The notes beneath the pieces are model-generated. The model saw nothing but the letters and a program-made list of their open reading frames with translations. It did no database searches and was not told the DNA's origin. The position numbers and the translations under genes are program-made. From Geosiphon pyriformis uo1 (lineage: Eukaryota; Fungi; Glomeromycota), in contig JAAOMT010000140.1 of the NCBI GenBank assembly GCA_016748015.1, forward strand, positions 1 to 44,566: DNA of 44,566 nucleotides, read 5' to 3'. Each line of letters opens with the position of its first letter. Position 1 is the first letter of the stretch. Of the stretch, positions 37,290-44,566 are shown in pieces.

Positions 37290-37515
37290 GCGACCCCTAA
37301 TAATAAAAATAATAACTGTTATAGTAGTGTTTATTTGAATGGATTCTTAGGGGAGCATTTGCCGAATATCGACGAAATTGTTAGGAGGGTGTGGATTGAT
37401 AGACGGATTGATACACGTAGTGTAAACATCATGGTTCAATGGAATATAAAAGAGAAAAAACAATTCCAGGAGGGAAGGGTGGTAAAAGAAAGTAACAATG
37501 AAAATTTATGGACAT
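37290..37515 (+). pseudogene. Kinase exon-1 relic, convergent with the K6 3' end
   Basis: Frameshifted segments PNN, EWI, EHLPNIDEI, ID.RID and HHGSMEYKRE match paralog exon 1. Confidence 0.8.
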
Positions 37516-37646
37516 CTTTTTAGAATAGTGTAAAACCCTTTAACATATTAACATGAGTCTGATAAACTTTAATATAAATTTTATAATTGAAAATAACAAG
37601 GACGATACGAATGAAAAATTATTATGTCCGATAACCATTAGATCTA

Positions 37647-39349
37647 TTAAGAGTCGTCTAAATATAATTAATAGTAAAATAAATAAGTGTTAAACAAGAG
37701 GATAAATTTTATTAATGATTAATGATTAATAATACATGTAATTTCTTACCTTCAGACAAATATAATAATTCTTTTATAAAGTAAAATAAATTGATGTAAA
37801 TTTTTAATATACTGTATATTAATTGATATTAATGAACCAATCAATATAAAATTAGATAAACCAACCTTGAGAAAAATTCAACATCTGTTCAGTTAAAAGA
37901 CGACTTGTATAAACTGCTCCTGGATGAATGCTTATTGTTGCTGTCGAGGGTTTTGCTATCTCTTCGTGTTTTTTAGTTTTTTTAAAAAATTTAATATATT
38001 TTAAAAATCCTCCTAAAGGTTTTTTTGTCTCCACAAAACCCTTTTCTGAAGATTTTGTTGTAAAGTCGTCGCTTTCCGCACTTTCTGATTCTAAAAACTG
38101 TTTCAATTTTGCCCTATTAATTTTAGAGTTTTTTGTATACCCCTTACAGATATCCACAAGTCCCCACAACTTATTCCTAACTTCATTGGCAGTAGGACGA
38201 TTCTTAGGCTTAACATTCCAACACTTTACAATTATTTCAGCAATACAAGGTGGAATAAGTGGGGAGGTAATTTCAGGTCTTTGACCATTTAAAATAGCCA
38301 TTATAAGAATGGCGTCATGAGAACTATTATGAAAGGGAAGCTTTCCTGTTGCTAATTCCCATAATAACATGGCAAAACTATACATATCACCAGCTGTCGT
38401 AAAATTTTCTCCTCTTAAAACTTCTGGTGGAATGTATGGAATCACTCCATATATCTTTTTTTCCTCTGCTGTTGTTGCTTTATGGTTTACTGGTTGACAT
38501 AATCTGAGGTCTCCAATATTTGCCTCACAAGTACTCAATTGTAGAATGTTGCCCGAGTGTAGGTTACGATGAACCATACCAGAAGAATGAATTGAATTAA
38601 GTCCAGAAGCTATGCTCCATGCGATTTCTAATTTATCAGACCAAGTCATAGAATGAAAATTTGTTGAACAATATTTTCGCATGTCTCCATATTCGGCAAA
38701 CTTCATTACAATTCCATACTGGAGTGTTTCAGCATTTTGCGTAATCCCCCATATTGAAGAGATATAATCTAAGTCTTTACCGTGGTTATTAATAAACATA
38801 GCTCTTTGAATATTTAACTATCGACATAATATAAAAAAAGATAATAGTCAAATAAACGATAATATACAGTAAATAAATAATAAATATTGATAATAATACT
38901 TTGTTTACCTCTTTAAACATTTCTGAGCTGTTCGTTTTTATAGTTTTTATTGCTACTTCTGTCCCTATTCCTTCCCTTTCATATTCACCATTACATCTTA
39001 TACTTCTCTTGTTAATTAATCCATCGATTAGGGTTGCTTTATAAATTATACTGAACCCTCCTCTATTAATTTGACTGATATTCGATAAACGCTCCCATGG
39101 AATCCATTCATAATATAAAACTCTACCATATTCTAATATAATATTAGGTGGAATATAAATTGGATTCTTAATTATTTCGTCTACCTCTTTATTGCCACCT
39201 GAAAAGTTATTATAAAGTTTTTCGAAAAATATTAAGCGGCATGCCGCACACCAATTCTCTTTATTATTTAGAATACTCTGTTGACACGGTTTACACTCGT
39301 TGCAATCATGGGCTTGCGGACGATTTCTTTGAATTTTTTTGTTTTCCAT
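37647..39349 (-). CDS. TKL paralog K6, intact frame but predicted pseudokinase, ~474 aa. Exons: 39349-38909, 38817-37866, 37770-37750, 37657-37647
   Basis: The frame is open and all splice sites are conserved. Substitutions: HRD>HRN, DLG>DLR, GGFG>GGFS. Micro-exons encode ELLYLSE and DDS*. Confidence 0.85.
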
Positions 39350-40503
39350 GGTTAACTTTATGTTGATAAAATTGAATACGCTATTATGAGAATAGGCTTT
39401 TTAACAAGGTTTGTTTAGGAAGTAATTATTAAAGGGAGAGTTCCTATTTATATTGTTTCTCTATGATTACATAATGGAACAAATCAATTTAACCTTAAAA
39501 AATGGCATTACTAAAAATCATACTAGAATTGATTAAACAGGTTTGACTATGAATTAATTTAATTAGTTATAATACACAAATTAAGTCTCATTATTATGAT
39601 GCCTAAATTAGTAGTTCAATTTATTTGTAGAACAAAACAATAATAATTATAAAAATGATTTAGGCTTTCTGTGATGAATGAAAAATACCGTACTGTGAAA
39701 AATTCTGTGAACCAAGAGAAAAAAGTTTCATTAACCACCACTTTTAATTTTTCGTTTTTATTAGCTCTCGGTTCCTCTAAATTAAATTTGGACTCATACA
39801 TAAAAGTTGTAAATATTAAGGAAATTCTTCTCTTACATCATCTATAAGAAAGTTTTTATAAAACGTAAATTAATAATATTAAATAGCAGAGTGAGCTACA
39901 ACTGCTATAATGGTAGCATTTTGATGTTAAATTTAAATCTATTCTATCAAACCGAAGTTTAAAAGTAAATATAATTGAATAAAATTAAAAATTAAAATAT
40001 CTAATAACATTTAAATTGGGTATTTTTTTAAAAATTTTATTCAATGATATGCTTTAAATTTCGAGATAATAAATTTTGTATAAAGTTTTTATTCACATTT
40101 AAAAAACCTATCACTTTATAAACTTTAACACCAAATGGAATATTTTCCAATTTTATTATTATAAAATTAGGTTTTTGAGATTTCATAATAATAATATTAT
40201 ACTTTTTAAAGATAAATATATTTTATGTATTAATATAGATAAAATATTCAGATAATTTTTTATTTTTGCCAAATTAACTCATATAATTTACTAAACTTGA
40301 AACTTTTTTATTAATCTAAACTTTTTGAAACCATATTTTTAGTTATGATAAATTTGTATTAATTAAATTCCAATTAAAATATATTTTCTTATAGTTTTAA
40401 ACTTAATTTTTTGGTTGACAAATATTTTAGTACCTTTTTTTTTATTGATGAAGCTTGAATTGAAATAATTTCCCTGAATATTTAAAAATTAAAAAAGAAT
40501 ATA

Positions 40504-40985
40504 CAGTCTGTCCACAAATTTTTGGCAAAATTGAAACATGTGTACCTTTCCCAAAATAAGGGTCATCTTTTAGCAAAAAAATCGAGCTAAAATGACAAAA
40601 TCGAACCGAATACCAATTGGAAGTCATTTTAGATTTTTGTAAAAATGGAGTTCATACAGCCAAAGATAATTAAACGGCAACCAATATTTTCATTACAAAC
40701 TATCTACAATCGCCTCAAAAAGTTGGCAATAATGATGGAAAAGACCAAAAAAGATTATTCCGAAAACGTCAAACTCGATTGCCCAATCAAATACGCAATA
40801 ACTCTACCATTGTTTTACAGAAGCTTAAATCAAGAATATATAACAAACAAACGCACAACTGTTAATTGGCATAAGGGAAAAAACCCGTTCATAACAATCC
40901 CGAAAGATCGCTCGGCATGTTTCTGTAAAAGGTAAGATCAGGTTACATTGTTTAACGCAAACAATGAATGCTGAAATGTAGAAGT
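40504..40985 (+). mobile_element. Tc1/mariner relic with probable left TIR
   Basis: A TA|CAGTCTGTCC terminus is followed by HTH-like segments (ILDFCKNGVHTAKD, SLQTIYNRLKKL) and by WHKGKNP..IPKDR, GKIRLHCLTQTMNAEM. It is internally deleted and no matching right TIR was seen. Confidence 0.7.
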
Positions 40986-41379
40986 AATCTTACTCAAAGA
41001 TAATATTTCCTAACTTCTGGACTGGTCATAGTCTACGTGTATACACAAAATTCATCGTATAACCTAAGAAAATTTATTAAAATTTAGGTATCACTTTAAA
41101 GGAACAAATGAGAAAATCAACAATAAATTTACTCAAAGTGGTTGCGTTTCTTATATAGTTTTATTGCACGTTTCAGATTGTCTTAATTGAAATAATTCAA
41201 GAGAAAAAAATCTTTATTTATATGTATTGAACCTAAAAAAGAGTTCTCTGAAATAAATTAAAAATGTTCTTGTTATAAAATAATTATTGTAACTAGAAAA
41301 ATACTTACGAATATATATCCTTCGTAAGAAAGATATTCTACTTGAAAAGTTGTTTCTCATAAAAGTATAATACAATCTA

Positions 41380-41970
41380 CCGTAATATGCATAAAAATGT
41401 AATTGGTAGTTTCACAGATCTGGATCCCACGACTTTTAATTAAACGTGATGAAAAAAGCTTGTTCATCTTATCTCTGCTCAAAAATAGTTAACAGAAGCA
41501 CGACTTAAAAAAAACTAAATATAAAAAAATACACGAAAAACGACAGGTAATCTGGTCTGACGAAAGTAAGTCCTGATTTTCGGTCTGGCGGACGGAAGAA
41601 GCCTATGGAACCATTTAGAAAAATTATTTTAGTGAATCAAATAAAAAATAAATAAATTATAAAGATCATAAAATACATAATCTTAAGTTAATTGATAACG
41701 ACGGAAAATTAATACGGAGCTTAATTTTGATAAAGATTGGTGGGTCAAAAAATTCACAGCTGAAAAAATTCAAAAAAATTAATTAAATAATAACTATATG
41801 ACCAACATTTAGGTATCTGGACGATTATAATTTCCATTTAAAGTATTTGATCAAGTTTAGTTTCACATTTTGCACATTTATTTTGATGCGAATTGGAAGG
41901 ATAAATTATTAATAAACTTAATAAACTTAATTAAAGGTTTAATTTTTGCTGAAAAAAATTTTGGGCACAT
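41380..41970 (+). mobile_element. Second-family Tc1 transposase relic
   Basis: RSG/PRLLIKRDEK resembles the GRPR linker, and VIWSDESK at 41547-41570 is the first-Asp motif of Tc1 transposases. Boundaries are uncertain. Confidence 0.6.
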
Positions 41971-44109
41971 TATTTTATAATTTTAATTTATGAATAAAAT
42001 TATATATAGTAAACAATTGAATTAGAAAATTTAATAAATAATCAATCACATTTCAAAAAATTAATGATTTGTTTATCAAATATTTAAGTTATTAAGTGAA
42101 AATAATTTCGCTAAAATTAAAATTTGAACATTGACCAAAGTTCTAATTTAGTCATTGACTTGATTACTAATTTTTTTATTAAATAGTTAAATAAGATCTT
42201 TAAAAACTGTAAAAATATTTTAAACAAGAATATTCAAATAATTTTTCATTAAAGCATGAAATAACTTCAATTATCATTGTGTTTTTTAATAAAAAAAATT
42301 TACTGTATTTTCCCTTTATTTCAGCTTACAATATTTTTTCTCAATTTTAACATAATCTATTTATATATAACGATTAAATTATTTTTATTTACATAATTTA
42401 TGTGAATGACAATAAAGTATTTTATTACACAAAAAGATAAATCATTTTTTGCTAAATTTGAAGAATTATATTAACATAAATTATTATTTTATAATTTAAA
42501 ATGGCTCATAAAATATTTTTTAATTTTAACATGTCTAAAAAATGAATAAATGATAAACCAATTTCAATTAATATAAATATTATTATAGCAAAATTATTAC
42601 ATATTGATATAAAGCAATAAATTACAATATAATTGTTTTTAGATTTTTTATATTTCTATTAAAAAGCTTGCTAATAAGTTTTCAAAATATTGATTATAAA
42701 TTTTTTGCAACAATTAATATTATTTACAATATGAACATGTAAAAAAAAGAAAATTTTTATATTGAAAATTTCCGATTAATTAATAAATTCTAAAATAAAA
42801 AAATTCAGAATTATTTTTTCAAAAATTTTATTGATATTATTTTAATATCTTTATAAAATGCAAAGTGTAAATGTAAAATGTAAAATTTATTATTTTAATT
42901 AATTAAATAATTAAAATTACTTATATTAGTTAAAAAATGTTTTACAAACTTTAAAAAAAATTAATATTAATAAATTAAAGTTTTTGAATTTCTTGTTTTT
43001 AGTATTTATAATTTGGATATACCTTTTTGAAAATTGTATAATTTGATTTATCATAAATTAATATTAGAAATACATTCTTATAAAATATTGAATTTTTTTT
43101 TTAATAAAAGATATGTGTTAGTTAAATCACGCCGTTTAAGCATAATATCAAATTACCATGAATTATAAATATTAGATAAAACTTTAAAAAATCTATCAAA
43201 GACTTTTAATTTGACTTTGAACTAAAGTTTTTTTTAATTAATTTATATTAATTTAAAATTATTACATTTATTAAAATAATAAGTATATCGAAAAATTTGA
43301 AACTTAAAAAATTCAATATTTAATAAAAAGATTTTAAATTAATTCAAAATTATTAATATAAAGAGATATGCGAATTTAAATATGTTTTGAAATAAATAAA
43401 TTGCTTTAAAATATTACTTACTGAATAGTTTATCAAAAATCTTTAAAATAAACCGTATTTTCAAATATTTATGATAAAATTAAATCATGTGAATACAAAT
43501 CTACTATAATAATGAAACCATAAAATTTAAAGAAAACCAGAATATGTTAAATTATTAATATAATTTCTAAGTTTTTCTATTTTAAATTAAGTGAACATAT
43601 AAAATAAAACTTTTCAAGTGGCACCTAATAACAATAGAATAAATATTATATTAGTTGTTTTTTTTTGAATAGATTTCATAAAATTTTGGTTTACAAAAAA
43701 TTACATTTTTTAGAGAAATTCTAAAAAGTTTTCAATTTCATTATTTCTCAAAAATTTTCGCATCAAGAAAAATTTATTTTGAAAGTTTTTAATTTAATTA
43801 ATCGAATATTATACTTCGCTTTTGAAAATTTCCAAAGCTTTTTTTTAAATATTAAAATATTAAACAATTAAGTTTTACTTTTATTATATTACTTTATAAG
43901 ATTCTGAGAAATTAAAATAGAATACCAATACGGTTATATTTTTTAAAATTAAAAAAAGAACAACAAATAAATAAATATAATTTTGCAAAATCATTTTTAA
44001 AATTGATTTTATTATTTGTTTAATAAATATTTTTAGTATCTTTTTTTAATTGACAAAACTGAAGTTAAAATAACTTAAGCAAATTTAAGATGAATAAAAA
44101 AACTTCATA

Positions 44110-44566
44110 GGCTCAGTAAATCTTTATGATAATAATTATAACTCATTTAAATTTTTATGAGCATTAAAACATATTAATTAGATCGAAATAATGTTGGCCA
44201 TAAATCAAATCAAGTTATATAAACAACCATCCGATATCCCACTTATCTGCAAACTTGAAACAAGACTGTAAAGTACTTGAATGGCTAATATGATAAATTA
44301 GATTTGAGGAATTTTATCAAAAGCCATTTACTATAATCTTTGTAAAGATCCTTTTTAACTATAAGAATTTTTTAAAAAAGGTGAACCTCTATTTTGACTC
44401 GATATTCGCCGAAAGGAGATTAATTAAACATTACAAAAATGATTGATAAAACCTTTCTCTCTATTTATTATTTATCATATTACTAGTTTTAGCCCTCAGA
44501 TTTAATATTCCCTTGATGAAATTAATTATAATCATATTATCACTTAAATCTCTAGCTAAAAAGATT
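44110..44566 (+). pseudogene. Possible decayed F-box/LRR gene (5' part)
   Basis: Segments IFMIIIITHL..ILIRSK*C, LYKQP and NYKNFLKKVNL appear in the order expected for this family, with many stops. Confidence 0.35.

Overview
This is a very AT-rich eukaryotic window with short GT-AG introns. Its gene content points to an arbuscular mycorrhizal fungus (Glomeromycotina); that assignment is inferred from the kinase, F-box/LRR and Tc1 families present. The window is dominated by a birth-and-death cluster of one tyrosine-kinase-like (TKL) subfamily with an N-terminal Cys module, HRDLHSGN, DLG, YIPPE, an HPGAVYTSR tail and 3' micro-exons. Three copies have intact spliced reading frames, all on the minus strand: K2 (4067-5723), K4 (30449-32002) and K6 (37647-39349, a likely pseudokinase with HRN/DLR). 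At least seven copies or fragments are broken, mostly on the plus strand. Between the kinase blocks lies one intact 3-exon gene (16340-17621). It appears to fuse a tyrosine-recombinase-type SAM-like (core-binding) DNA-binding domain to a C-terminal beta-grasp (ubiquitin/PB1/RA-like) domain, with no catalytic recombinase domain, making it a candidate domesticated transposon-derived regulator. Also present are decayed F-box/LRR-like genes, three Tc1/mariner transposase relics, long eroded AT-rich repeat tracts, microsatellites and a 242-N assembly gap. All family assignments come from reading motifs by eye, not from database searches.
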